Positions 37,601-52,600 of a stretch of DNA of 64,000 bases are shown in pieces. Source of the DNA: Squalus acanthias. Lineage: Eukaryota. Every line of letters begins with the position of its first letter. Position 1 is the first letter of the stretch. A model generated the notes under the pieces. That model was given only the letters and a program-made list of their open reading frames with translations. It searched no databases and had not been told where the DNA came from. Location: contig CM059438.1 of the NCBI GenBank assembly GCA_030390025.1, positions 88,102,001-88,166,000 of the forward strand, in the 5' to 3' direction. The position numbers and the translations under genes are program-made.

Positions 37601-40600
37601 GACAGGTTCAAGAGGGCAGCCCCAAAGAAAATCTGCTGGAGGTAGTAGTGATTGCAGTAAGCAAACAATATCTGGAGAACGTTTTGATGATTGCAGTTTT
37701 AGTGGTAGAATGAGGTTCATTGCTTATATTTTAAAAAAGAGTGATATTCCAAATACTGAATGTTGGGAGGATATCAATTCTGACTCGGCCTGATGTTACC
37801 CACATGTTCTACCGATTTGTTGCCCTTGTACTTAAAACGAAGAAAAAAAACCTGTGATGGTGAATAACTGGTGCCCAGCAGCTGAACATAGGGACAGGAG
37901 TAGGTCATTGAGCCCCTCGAGCCTGTTCCACCATTCAATGAGATCGTGGCTGATCTGCGACCTAACTCCATATACCTGCCTTTGGCCGATATCCCTTAAT
38001 ACCTTTAGGTAACAAAAAGCTATCAATCTCCGATTTAAAATTAACAATTGATCTAGCATCAATTGCCGTTTGCTAAGAGAGTTCAGACTTCTGCCACCCT
38101 TTGTGTGTAGAAGTGTTTCCTAATTTCACTCCTGAAAGGTCTGGCTCTAATTTTTACACTATGCCCCTAGTCCTAGACTCCCAACCAGCCGAAATAGTTT
38201 CCCTCTATCTACCCTTTCTGTTCCCCTTAGTATCTTGAAAACTTCGATCAGATCACCCCTCAACCTTCTAAATTCTAGGGAATGCAATCCTAATTTGTGT
38301 AATCTCTCCTCGTAACTTAACCCTTGAATTCCGAGCATCATTCTGGTAAACCTACGCTGCACTCCTCCGAGGCCAATATATCCTTCCTAAGGTGTGGTGC
38401 CCAGAACTGCTCTCAGTACTCCAGGTGTGGTCTAACCAGGGTTTTGTACAGCTGCAGCATAACTTCTACCCCCTTGATCTATGTACCTGGACCCCCAAGT
38501 CTTTTTGGACCTCCACTGTTTTTAGCTTTTCACCATTTATCCTTTTTAGGTCCAAAGTGGATGACCTCACATTTGCCTACATTGAAATCCATTTGCCAAA
38601 GTTTTGCCCATTCACTTAATCTGTCGATAACCCTTTGAAATTTTATGCTTTCATCTACAATGCTGCCTATCTTCGTGTCATCGTCAAATTTGGATGTGAC
38701 TTTCTATGCCATCATCTAAGTCGAGAAGTCGCACAACACCAGGTTATAGTCCAACAGTTTTATTTGAAATTACGAGCTTTCGGAGCGCTGCTCCTTCGTC
38801 AGACGAAAGCTCGTAATTTCAAATAAAACTGTTGGACTATAACCTGGTGTTGTGCGGCTTCTCATTTTTGTCCACCCCAGTCCAACACCGGCATCTCCAC
38901 ATCATTATCTAAGTCATTAATAAATACTGTGAATAGTTGAGGCCCCAACACAGATCCCTGCGTATAATATCCAGAGATGTGTTTTATACAAGAGCAGACC
39001 AGGGTAAGTGCCTGTTCTCTCTTCAGTCAATTTTGGAACGTCACTGACGAAATACACAAGATGCATTTATCCTTAATGGGTTTTTGTTCCTGTTTTGGAA
39101 GAGTACTGTGCTTTTTTACACTTTGCATCGGTACTTTGTTTCTGTAGGCTGTATTATATAATGTAGCGACCAAGAGTGCAAATGTGCAGGACTAGCTCCC
39201 TGTGTATACTTAACTCTGGTAGTCTTAACACACAGACAGATTTGCAGACTCGACTCTTGTGTCCACAATGCCATCTCCATCCTGGAGCGTCAGACTGATT
39301 ACATAATGGCGTGCAGCCACCGAACGTACAGCACTTTGCCCCGTAAACTGGTTTTACCGTATGGGCCCACCACTCTGACATTTTGGCCATTCTTTGTGTG
39401 GAGTATATTATGCCGTTGCCACAATGAGGATAATGGTTTGTGTGCACAATGGCGCCATGTGATGTCACCATATGCGCCCTGTAGCTGCCATGGTGGTGCA
39501 TTTACTGGCCTCGTGAGGACTGGCAATAGTCGGGAAGATCCAGCGAAAAATGGCCTTGGCCACTGGTCCTAAAAATCCCAACAAGTTTATTTTAATGTGG
39601 CCACCAGCTACGTACTGTGGGAGCCAGGAGCCAAAGGCCAGTGTAAAAGCAGCTGTCCTTCGTCCAGGCTGTTTCACCATCTTAGTTAAAATTTCTTGTG
39701 ATGGAAACATACCTGTTGTGTGTTAGTTTTGGAAATTAACAATTAACTTGAGAGAAAACTTGCCATAATAGTAAAACACATCTTAGTTTATTTAGTGCCA
39801 TTGCACAATCATTTCCCAATCATTACATCTACTGTCTAGCAATTTAATAGTTTTTTAGTTTGATATTGCCTCAAATACAGAAACATTGACAGGCTAGTTT
39901 GGCGGGATAAATGTGCTGGTGGGGTTACAAGCACTGACCTCCTGTTGGGAGTGTCGAGCATTTCTAACGCTTAACGCTTTAGTTGAAATGTTCACTGCAG
40001 AGATCAGTTCCTCTGGGACTTGGGGTAAACTTAATTAAATTTTAACCACAAAGGCTTACATTTTGAAGTGATAATTTTAACTAAAAATAAAATTAAAATT
40101 CATTTGGAAACTTGACGAATGTGAGTTTACATAGACGTGTATGAAATGGGAGGAGCCATAGTTCTTAGGGTCTTGTAATCATTACATCCATCTTGAATTT
40201 CACTTTAAAACGCGAGTTTCAGATCTCTAGCATGTAGAAATATATGCCACTGTTACACATGCAGATTAAATAATCCAAAACTCAAGATGCATTTGATCAC
40301 TTTTTTTAAATCTTCCCCTGAATACGACAGTCACCTCATCATCAAAACATATGACTTTCACACGCCATTCTGTAGAGCTGTTGACTCGGTGGACGTATTC
40401 CTGGCGGTTTCATTACATGTTTTCCCACCTCCAACGGCCAAACAACTAGTTTTCCCAGTTCCAATATTTCTATAACTAATAAACCAAAGTGTTAGACGGT
40501 TACTGGGTGATTTGATCAAAGTTTTCAAGATATTAAGGGGAACAGATAGGGTAGATAGAGAGAAATTATTTCCGCTGGATGGGGATTCTAGGACTAGGGG

Positions 40601-43600
40601 GCATAGTCTGAAAGTTAGAGCCAGACCTTTCAGGAGTGAAATTAGGAAACACTTCTACACACAAAGGGTGGTAGAAGTTTGGAACTCTCTTCTGCAAATG
40701 GCAATTGATGCTAGATCAATTAATTTTAAATCTGAGATTGATAGATTTTTGTTAACCAAACATATTAAAGGATATGGGCCAAAAGCGGGTATATGGAGTT
40801 AGGTCACAGATCAGCCATGATCTAATTGAATGGTGGAACAGGTTCGAGGGGCTCAATGACCTACTCCTGTACCTATGTTCCTAATTGTTAAATGAAAATG
40901 GAAATACTTTTTTTAATGTCCCTATGACTTTTCTCCTGGATTGTTCGCAGCAGTGTCCAGGAGATTAATCTTCAATTCCTGAGACTCCAGGGGAAGTGTA
41001 TAAGAGCATCGCTGATTAATTGATTGTTAAAGGTATTTACTGCGTACCATAGATATACTGTGGTACAATGCTGTCTATTTGCAGCCAGATTGCTCCTGTT
41101 CCTGTAAATCAGAACTTCTTACTGCAAACTACCTATTCCAGCGCACCAACAAAAGCTACTTCTGAACAAGATTTAACACTCAATCCTATTTATCACTGCC
41201 ATATTCCATTCATCCTCAAACCATGGGCTGTCCTAATTCATTTATATGCAATCTTCAAATAAATTGAAGAATCAGCAGTTGGAGTAATCGAATAGTTAGT
41301 ACTTCACTGAGGCATAGTTTCTCACCTTCACAGTTGAGTAAGGAATTCTATTAACTTTACACTCCAATGCGTAAAAAAAAATGTTTATTTCACAGTTCTT
41401 TCTACCAATTTTCTCTCATCGTCTATTACATGCTCAGGAAAATTATACATTAACCAAATCACAATAACAAAATGTAGTGAAGCACAATATTCATCAATTT
41501 AAATATATACCAGTCGCTTTTCCATGGTGTTGCACACGGAATCAAGACCAAGTGTGTTTGTCAGGTGAAGTGTAGTTAGAGGGCTAGAGTGCAGATTTAA
41601 TTCAGTCCCCATTTTAAAGTCAGACAATCTGACATTTTTATATTTCCGTTATTATAAATTCCTATGTCCGCATTTATGATAGAAATTGCCTATGTCGTTT
41701 GTCTCTCGATAACTGTGAACATAAGACTTTATAATGGAAAAGGTGGCACGTGCGTGCAGATGCAAGAATTTTTTATATCGCTGAATATAGAAATTTTTGC
41801 TTTTATTAAAGTTCAATCAGATTTTGTTGGAAAGAAATTTGAGCAGTATTACCAGTAGATAATTGAATGGGAAAAAGAAGTGATTTGAAGAATCAAATGG
41901 GAAGGAAAAAGGGAGATAAAACCCTTAGTCTACCTGTTTTCCTTTTCTCGCCCTTCCCTCATCTGCCTGCCACAAGAACCGTGCTCCCTGAATAATTGGG
42001 CCTCCACTATTTTAATTCACAGCAGGAATTGAGGGCCTGTTTAATACCTAATGTTATGACTACTTTGCCTATTGTTTGAGACTTCCAGTGCCATGAAGGA
42101 TATATTTTGAAAAACCAAAAGATGATTTTGGAGAAAGAACTCATTCATGTGGTGCCGTACCAAATGTCCTCCTAAAGCATTTCACTTTTTGGAGTGCAAT
42201 AACTTTTATATAGTTATGTAATGATTTGGAAGGGGGATATGAAAATTCTTTTGTCTCTTGCTTTATTAAAGATTAATCGAACACTGAAAGTAACCACCAG
42301 CCTGTCTTGTTTCCGAAATAGATAAAGTAGTAATTCCTTTGTGTAGACAAAAATAAAGTGTGGCTCTCTACCAGGAAGCGCTTAGGCTTCTCCAGATTAA
42401 GAGTCTTGGGGCATCCCAGTTTCTATCCCATGGCCTGTTTGAAAGTATTCCCAGAGAGTGTGTATAATTGCAGATTTGTCTCAAGTTACCGCTAGTAAAA
42501 GACTTGGCGACAAGGAATGCCATTAAGTGAGAAATCTGCTGTGTTGGTATATTGTAAACTTTTGTGTAAATATTGTTTGAATCCTCTGGACTCAAATTGG
42601 TTGGGTTACTCTAGTCAGGCTCCTGCTGGGTTTGTGGCTTGTCGAGGTGGGTCTTAACCATTTTGTAAATGTGCAAAACTTCTAATATAATTGCTGTATC
42701 ACAGTATCTGAAATATTGGATTTTGATCTGCTAATTTTAATTTTCATAGACATTAGAATCCCCCTTTTCCTCCTGAACCCAGTCCCTACTCCCAAGTGAA
42801 GCCATCAGGAAATGGCTCCCCTTGTTTGCAAATGTTTCATACTGAGTTCACAAAAACAATAAACCTTTGTGGGGGCAGGAGGAGGGGATTCTTCCTTCCC
42901 TTCTCTATCCCTCCCTTCACTTTTGAAACATCTACTTAAATGGCATCTAAGGTGGAGTAACTGATGCCTTCGGTATTTCACAAACTGTTGAGATGTTTGA
43001 TCATATTCTGCTAGCCATAGACGTTGCCATGTGTGATTAGTTAGGAATGTACTTTGCGAGCTTTTGGGATGTTCATATTGCAGTGATTCCATACTCCTGT
43101 AATTCAGTGTACTTGAGTACATCAATTGAAAATTTAAATGGTCTATCCTTTCTTGTGCAGGTAAGAGGAAATAGAATGAATCTAACTGTTTTTGCATGGT
43201 CAATATGTCATTTTTGGATATATGTGTGTTTGTATGTGTATAATCACTAAACATTCATTGCTGAGGATTAACTACATGTATACAAGCAATTTTGCTACAG
43301 AAGAAGGAAGCTCGTGTTTTTCTTTTTGCACATTTCTAAAGTCCATATCCTGGAGATTCCTGTATTTCTCTCGTCGTACTGCTCTCTAATCCACTATCAA
43401 CGTGTTCAGGTGCTAACAGGAATTGCACACTTGAGTGAATTTGAATCGTTACTTAATTTCTTCAGCTACATGTTGCTAATTGATTTTAATTTATTTGGGT
43501 TACAAACTGAATACTGCAACAGTGTATTTATTGCATGCTATTTAGAATTGTAGAATCTTGCAGCACAGAAGGAGACTATTCGGCTCATTGTGTCTGTGTC

Positions 43601-46600
43601 GGCACTTTGAAAGTGCTATCCAATTAGTCCCACTCCTCTGCTCTTTCCCCATAGCACTGCAAATTTGCTTGGGTCCATCAGATTTCAGACCTTTCTGCTA
43701 CCTCGTCCCTGCCAAAAAAAAAAATTCCTTTGCCTCAACCAATGGCATTTTTAACACTGAAGTGGAGAAGTTGGATCAGGTTAATCTAAAATCTTTATAA
43801 AATTGGGAATACAGAGCTCTGTCTATAAAGTAGATCATCAGTTTTCCAGATACTACAAGTATAATGGACTGAGGAAAGAGACCGACTTTTATCATTTGAC
43901 CAGTCATCAAATATTATCAGTGTTGGTCTCTGATATTTATTGATGCATTTTATTAAATTGAGGTTCCTTTTTTCTTCTATATTTTGAGTTTTTCATTTGA
44001 ACTTCTGTATTCTAGGGAGAGGATGGCCCAGAGGTGCGAGGAGGCTCTGTAGATATTCTCATAGTGCATGCAACTGAAACGGATCGTAAAGGTAAGAGCT
44101 TCTCACAAATATGCACTACTGCAGTGACTTCCAAAGGATGGAGTTCATTTTAGTTTCTTGGATCCATTTTCCTTGTGTAGGAATCGGAATTAATTAATTT
44201 GTGCTCTTCAAGTTGGAATGTTGTAACGTTTTACATTTTGGACACTGAAGCTCTCCACTTTGAGCACAAATTAACTGAAGTCTTTTATTGCCTATTTAAA
44301 AAAATTAATTTCTTTTTAATTTGCATTAAATTCTCTGATAAGAGCCAGAGTTAGGCTGCTTAAGGTCACAAGTATTTATTTTTCACAGTCCTTGCTTCCT
44401 GTTGTGTATTGGTGCTATGTTTACTCAAGTTATTTATTGCGTACTTTGAGACATAACATTTTTTTTAGGTCCACAATGTAGCTGTAGTGCTGGTGGATAA
44501 AGTCAGGGTTTGCTTATTGGACCACTGACTGTAAACCAGGCAATGCAGGTCAAAACAGATTCTATAAAGTTAGCCGCATACTGTTCTTTGGTTAAAGGAG
44601 CATGCTTTGTGGTTTTTAAAAAATCAGTTCTAACATTGAGGAATACTGTAGACAACATATATGGGGTTCTTCAATATGATAGACAGTTGGTTTTGTTCAT
44701 ACTTTCACTTGCCTGTCTGTCTTGCTGTCTAGATCTGGTCCTTTACTGTGAGGCATTCCTGACCACCTACCGGACATTCATTCCACCTGAGGAGATCATC
44801 AAGAAACTGCACTATCGATATCCTTTGATTTAGCAGGATTGCTAGCTATAGCTTTGCACTAAAGGACTGATCAATATGACACATTAGTGATGTGCACCTA
44901 GAAAAAACGTTAGTGTGGAGAAGCCTGTGTGCAACCTTGTACTCTGAATTATATTGATTTCTGTTCCTCCAACCTCCCCCAATCTTTTCTACAGCTCTTG
45001 TATAGCACCTGGGCTCCTTGGATTGGGAAGGCCTTTTCAACCTGTTCCATCCTCGGGTAACAGAGGCAGTCACTGAATTGTTAAGCAGCCGCATCATTAC
45101 CCTGAATTTTTCTAATTGCTAGCCTTTTTTCTTTAAGGGATGACGAATGATTTGGAGTGCTGGGCAATTCTGTGACTTCAATTCCTATTCACAGAGTAGT
45201 GAACACAAACATCTCGATGGCTGTGCTGCCAGGTGACCAATTTTGTCCATTTTGCCCACACTTGAAAGTTTAGATTGTAGATATTGGGTATTTTTTTTAA
45301 GCACGAGGGAGATGTTGTGTTTTGTGTTAGTGGGAAAAAAAATTACAAGACAGCCTCGTGGATCTGGTGGTAGAGTTTGAATCCTAACAAAGAATGGTTC
45401 AATTAGCCTAACCCTCATTGAGAGTTTATAGCTCGCCCTCTGGATGCAGGACCACGTGGTGTTGCAGCTGAGGCAGCACAGTCATGACCATCTCTTCGCT
45501 GTGGGCCTACATGCTCTTTGTAAAGTAGTATGGGAAGTGCTGTAAAGAAATCTGTGGGCCACAAATTTTTATTTATACAACAGTTAACATTATTAATAGT
45601 TTCTTTTTACTTAACTAATGACCACTTATGAGAAGTTTTGCCACTGTCCAGACACTTTCAAGAAACGGGTGAGCAAGAATACGTTCTTCGTACTGGTGCG
45701 AGTGGTGGATGAACTCTGGTGAGTAATATCGACAGTCACTACATTACGAAGACTGCAGGCGATTTCTTTTCCCCCCGCAGTATCGCATGCTCCCATGTGT
45801 TTTAATAACAAACCAAGATAAGTTTTATTTAAAATGGTGCACCAAAAGTAAATTTTTCTTATGAGACTGTAGATTTATTACAACAATAATTAATTATGAA
45901 CAAGGTTATGTATCAGTAACAAGATCTGCCATCGTACTAAATTTCCTCCATACCAAAAATTTCAAGACTCCCAGTAGAAAATACCACTTGATGCACCACC
46001 TCTAAGTAACACGCACACTTATTTGCCCCTCATTTCTTTCCCCCCCCCCGTTGATTAATTTAAAGTGATAAACCTATCCAACTATTTCCTCTACCTCATA
46101 GGAACAAAGGGATGTACAGGAGTGAAAAAAGGATCAGACAGAGCCCAAAATATCACACTTAACACTATCTGTTTGACCTTTCAGTTGCTTCTTTCCCCCC
46201 CCCCCCCCCCCCCAAAATTCCGCTCCCACTTGAAATTGTGGCACTAATCACTAACTGTCTCCCTACACACCCTGTGTTACACATCCATCACCCTCTGAAG
46301 CAGTTGATACTGAAGTATCTGTTTACCCTCCCTCTTCTGAGCTTGCGCCTGTACCTTCTGTCTGTTTACGGTTAGGTCAACACAATTTGTTTTTAATTGT
46401 TGTGGTGTGGGAAATGCTGGCAAGGCTGCCTTTATTACCTATACCTATCCCTGAGAAGGTGCTGATGGTGGGCTGCCACCTTCAACCACTGCAATGGTTG
46501 AGGTGATGTTGCTCCCACGATGGTGGTGTTGGGAATTGCAGAATTTTGACCCAGTAGCGATGAAGGTGAACTATGCCCAAGTCAGAATGGTGTGTGACGT

Positions 46601-49600
46601 GAAGGTGATGGTGTTTCCATGAATTTGGAGCTACACTGTGGTAAAGGTCGCTCAGGATAGACCTTATTAAAATTTTCAAGGTTCGGAAGAGGTATAGCGT
46701 TCTGCTCATAGCCAATTCGGCGATATCTATTTAATTACCCTTCTCCAGTCCTTTTAAAAAAAAAAAAACTAGGACGTCCCCTGCTGTAGTATGGTGAGCA
46801 GAATTATACACAGTACTTCAGATGAGGCTGAACCAGTACTCTGGGCACGCTCTATAGATACTCTGGGCACTTGAGATCCATCTATCTGGCTGTACACCGA
46901 GATTTTTGCTTGCCACCATTATTGCTGTTGTCTAGTGTACTGATGGTTTTAATGTGCTGTCCACCATTGCCCCCAAATCTCTCTCTCACGTCCTGTAGCT
47001 TATTACATTTCATTTTATATTCCCACTGCTTATTCCCAAGTCTCAGTGCTTTGCGTTTGTTCACAGTAAGTACATTTGTCACTTGTCAGGCTAATCGATC
47101 CAGAAAACTTTGTATTTGGTCCACTTACTCCATGTTATTTGCAGCTTCCTACATTTCTAGTAACATTGTTTCTCATAAGAATATTTTGTGAGCTCTCTGC
47201 CTATTTGACAGTTTTTTTTTCAAAAATAGATTAAAATTAACTTTTACATTAATAAATTAATTATACGGAAATGAAGGCAGTTTAGCTTTGATGTGAGGAA
47301 GCTATTCTGACGTCAGAGAAACTAGAATTACCTCAGAATTTGTGCTACAACACAGTCCCTTCACTTTCACGGGATTTTAAACTATAGAGTAGCAGTGAAT
47401 AAATACCGTGACATCTAAATTGGTGCCAAATGATGAGCAGCATCAATTAGTTTTCTCACAAGCTCCACCACTCTCTCTGGCTGGTTACACACCCTGGGAG
47501 CAGATTGCTGCCTTCTCTTGGCAGAGAGGTCGGTACATGCTTGATGACCCTTACACGAATGAACAACATACTTCAAAGAGGGGGCAACAGTAATGTGCTT
47601 TGGACCTCCAGTGTCCTTCATCGAAAAGCAGTAGGATGAGAGTTCCTCTCCCCCCTCCCCCCCTCCCCCCCCCCTCCCCCTTCCCCCCCCTCCCCTTCCC
47701 CCCCCCTCCCCTTCCCCTCCCCCTCCCCTCCCCTCCTCCCCTCCCTCCACATTCCGAAGTGTGCAGCCTTCCATAGTTGACAGTTAATGTCAGCAGCTCC
47801 ACTTGCAGCTTGGCATTAATGGATTAAATGTATTGAGTGCTGTTTTATTGGTGTTTTGAATGAATTACGTAAGAGTAGTTAAACATGCCTCCAGCATCTG
47901 TAGTGGTTCCTAATGTAATACCTTGGGCCGTATTGATTAGCACAGAACAGGATCGTGTTTGAGTGAATAACTTTAACCTTTCTGTATGCTGAATGTCATT
48001 TTCAGTTTCAAAGCATACATACTTTGTAGAATATGCTTACCAAAAAGTGTAATTTGTAGAATTTGGGAACTGTGTAGAGCCTGGTTCAGGGAGTAATTTT
48101 GCATGGATAAGGAAGAATTTATGTAGTAACATAGAAACTAGGAGCAGGAGTAGGCCATTCGGCCCGTCGAGCCTGCTCCACCATTCAATACGATCATGGC
48201 TGATCATCCAAATCCAGTACCCTGTCCCTGCTTTCTCACACAGAATCCCCATCGAGCCTGCACCGACACATATACCACCCTATCCCCGTAACCCCACGTA
48301 TTTAATTCCCCCTAACACTAAGGGTCAATTTATCATAGCCAAATCAACCTAACCCGCACATTTTTGGACTGTGGGAGGAAACCGGAGCACCCGGAGGAAA
48401 CCCACGCAGACACGGGGAGAATGTGCAAACTCCACACACAGTCACCCGAGGCCAGATTCGAACCCGGGTCCCTGGCGCTGTGAGGCAACAGTGCTAACCA
48501 CTATGCCACCGTGTTGCCCGTACTTTTCTTCAGGAGATTAAATGGGGGAAATAATATGATAAATGTTATTGTACATGGGCTGTGGAAGGAATGTTGATGA
48601 ATGAAATAGTTTTTTGTGTACTTTGGTAATTTAATCTCGCCAGTGGTTCAGTAATTCTATCAGTGGGTTACAATGTAGTGATGACAAGATGCAAGTATGG
48701 ACAATATGAAAACTATAATAGCTAATAGAATTTTCCTCCCCAATTTATATTAAAAAAAAATACCTTTTTTTGTTCCCTTTGGCCTATTCACTAATCCCTA
48801 CCACAGGTTAGCAGCTAATAGCAATTCTGACTTGAAGGATTTCTCATTTTCAGTATAAAAATTGAAACTTCGCTCTTACCAATAGCGCAGGGAGGGTTAG
48901 AGGGGTGAGGATAGGAACAGGAAGTAGTCCCGGATGAGCTATAATGAGGTCTGTAATTCAGATCCCATTCCTGGTTGCCCTTTTAGGTTTATCAATGGTG
49001 AAATTTTCTGTTTGAGAAAGACTTACATTTATATAGCGCCTTTCATAACCTCAGGATGTCCCAAAGCGCTTTACAGCCAATGAAGTACTTTTGAAATGTA
49101 ATCGTTATAATGTAGGAAATGCTTGACAGTTATCTGGGAGGAAGGATGCAAAACTAGTTCAGGGAATGGTAAGCAAATCGAGCATAAACCTAGTCACGAT
49201 TGTCTTAGCGGCATTAAATGACAGTGACCATCTCGATTTAATAGCTATGTTAAGGGAGCTCATATGATTGAATAGCAACTAGTGATTTACATTGTAAATT
49301 TGGTATGCCAATATCTAATGTGGAAATATCCCTGCGATCTTGTTTTTAATATTTGTACTTTCCCATTTAATTTTTCCTGTACATTTTTCAGAAGTCTGCT
49401 TTCTAACAATGCTGAAGCATGGCAAATATTCAAAATGTCCTGAACTGCAATATGAATGTTGTCCTACTGAATTGCTGTTGTGTTTATGCTGTACTTGATG
49501 ATTGTCCTCTGACCGATTCCTTTTTGGTGTGTCCTTTTCCAGTCTGGTGGAACTATCGGATGACATCCTGAAGTTGTTAATGGAACTCGTGTTCCGTTTA

Positions 49601-52600
49601 GTGTGTAGTGGTGAGCTGAGCCTGGCCCGGGTTCTACGAAAGAATATTCTGGATAAAGTAGATCAGAAGAAAACTGTGAAATACGCTAGTTTGATGAAGC
49701 CGTTAGCTGCACGAGGGGTAGCAGCAAGGTATGAGTTGTATGCATACTTTAAAAAAAAAATACTTTGAGTTTCATGCTGTTTTCTGGGTTATACTAAAGA
49801 GAGTTGTAAATGTGTCAATATTGAGAACAGAAATGAATAAGTACCTGCACCTGTGAAGCAAGCAATGTAAAATAGTGTACACTGAAATGTGGGGAGACAA
49901 TATGTTTGAAAGGCATTCACAAACATAGCTGCCAATAAATGAGGTTACAGACCTCCTTGAAGCATATTTGTACGTTACTGGAATAGCTCATTAGCGAAAC
50001 TTAAATAACCAGATGGAAATGGACGGTATCGGAATTAATTTTTTTTGTCGGGGTTGGGGGGAGAATGCTGTTGAATGAAAACGGAATCTATTCTGTCCCT
50101 ATGACTTCCTGTAAACTTCAGGTTTTAATGCCTTTTCCCCCCCCCTTCAGGCCTGGAACCCTTCATGACTTTCACAGTCATGAGATTGCTGAGCAGTTGA
50201 CACTGTTGGATGCCGAGCTGTTCTACAAAATAGAGGTAATGATCTGATGGGGAATATTTTGAACGGGTCTGTGTTCTGTGACAAGTCTAACAGATTAGTA
50301 CATTTTCATGGATTGCGTTGACATGAGATTAGCTGTCAAGTGAAACACAACACTGTTCTGTTTATCTGAACTGCTGAAGAAACAGCAAGCCTGTTTGAGA
50401 TAATTAGAAGTCAAAGGGTTCAATTGAGTAGAAGAATAAGATTAGATCAGTAGAAGTGAGCCATGATCGACACCTTCACGATCAGACAATTGAGAAACAA
50501 GCTGAGGTTTCTGCTATTGAGAATTATTCTACAAACAATTGACTAGTGAAGATAATTGATACTATGCTATGGTCTTGGTTTGTAGAGAGAGGGTATAATA
50601 TTGAATGCAGGACTGTGTCTGAACATTTCCAGTGGGAGACTCCGACAAATGAAATTTAGGACAACTTCTTGTCCCCTCCTTTCCTTCCTCCAAATCAGTT
50701 AACGTCAGCACTGTAAAAATAAGGATTCCATTGGTGGTTCCTTTGTGCCATATTTTTGGAACCAAGGGTATATCACGGTCCTGATCTAATAAATCTGTTG
50801 CCAGTCTAGCAAATCTTTTGGCTGCCTTCATCTCACTTTTCTATCACTTCTCTTAATGACAGATCCCTGAGGTTTTACTCTGGGCCAAAGAACAGAATGA
50901 AGAGAAGAGTCCAAACCTAACGCAGTTTACCGAGCACTTCAACAACATGTCCTATTGGTGAGGATGAGGCAATATTTCTCAATTCTTTACGTCTCTGACC
51001 AGTCTGGACCAAAATAGTCGAGGTGGGAAGAAATCAGTTCCGTGGGGGTAAGAACAAGCTGAAATGATGGGTCGACCAGGACAGTCCTGTTTGTGGATCA
51101 TGGGGAGGAGGTAGAAGCGGGCTGTGCGGTGTTGGCGGGGCGGGGGGACTGAAGGAGGCTGTAGGAGAGGGGAAAGATTTCCAGAGGAGATGAGGTCAGT
51201 GATGGTCTGAGAAACGATGGTTTGAAGTTCGCTGGTGGGGTTGTGATCCAGGGGGAGGTGTGAGGAGGTGTCTGAGAGTTCGTCGTCATTACCCCTCTGA
51301 AACTGACTGCACCTGCAGGTTGTAGCGCATGCACATCTAAACGTGGAAATCCTGAAGTTGCGATCAGTCATTCACTGCTCCGACACGGGCTGCGCTGTTG
51401 ACCGCCCTCCAAATAGCTGGCAATCAGTGAAACTGACGAAAACTTGGGCTTTTCCACACTAAGCTTGTTGACGTCACTGCAGCTCTTTGCTGAGAATCCC
51501 CATGACAGAGTGACAATCAATTGAAGGTCGAAAAAGACAAACTTCTTATCACAGATCGCGAGATCTCTGTGGGCAGCTTTCTTTGGGGCCAGCGGCACGC
51601 GCCTTTGCTTTGCCACTGACCACAAATTACAGGCCAGTGTAATTTCATCTGTTGAATCCTGTTGGTCTCTTTCAGGGTGCGGTCAATAATTATTCAACAG
51701 GAAAAAGCACAAGATCGAGAACGGCTGCTCCTAAAGTTCATCAAAATTATGAAGGTTTGTAAACTGGTGCAGGGTTTAAGCTACATTCATTGTAATATCC
51801 CACTGTTGTCAAGATCATTAATACTGAGAGTTGCAGGACTTTTTATAAACAAATATGACTTAATGTGCATATGTTAGAATATCGTGCAACTTGGGTGGTG
51901 ATATGTAGCTGTTCAAGAACTAATCTAAAACATAGTGCAATTTTATGCCTGTGAAATGCGTGTTTGTAGGAGGGACTGTGTGTATTTTATATGCATGTTG
52001 ATGCAAGTTTCCAGACAGATGGAGAGCATGGTACAAATCAGGCTGGACATCTCTGGCACCGAGAGGGAGGAAAATATTTTCGGGAAAAGAAAAATCTATC
52101 CTTTACAGAAATATCCATTTAGCTCTGTAACTTTGAAATCCTCGCAACATGTGCTGAAATTAAAACATTTTTTCCCCCCTTTTTTTTTAGCACTTGCGCA
52201 AACTGAATAATTTTAATTCATACCTGGCTATATTGTCTGCATTAGACTCGGCGCCCATCCGTAGGTTGGAATGGCAGAAGCAGACTTCAGAGGTAAGGTC
52301 CTTCCTGTCCCTTCAGGCTTTTTGGTGCTTGATTCAATTTAGCAAATGAGTATGTGACACAATGTCCAGGCTTCAATCCATGCAATGACAGAAGCTTATC
52401 CATAAATTTCAGCAACATGCCTTCAGGGCAGCAGTTGGCTATATTTAGGTTTATTCTGTCATCTCAGTTTTATGCGGCTGCTGCAGCAGAATGTCTATGG
52501 CATTTCATGGATGCATACTTTCATGTATATTTAAATCAAGAAACTGGATTTTTTTTAAAAAGGAACGCTTTGGAAATTAATTGATTAAATAATTTACCAA

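Noticed and set aside
37574-37645. Purine-rich exon-like stretch [11 protein letters not shown]
   Set aside because: No pyrimidine tract, weak donor, and an in-frame stop soon after.
47415-47802. Gly-rich ORFs
   Set aside because: Translation of the low-complexity C tract.
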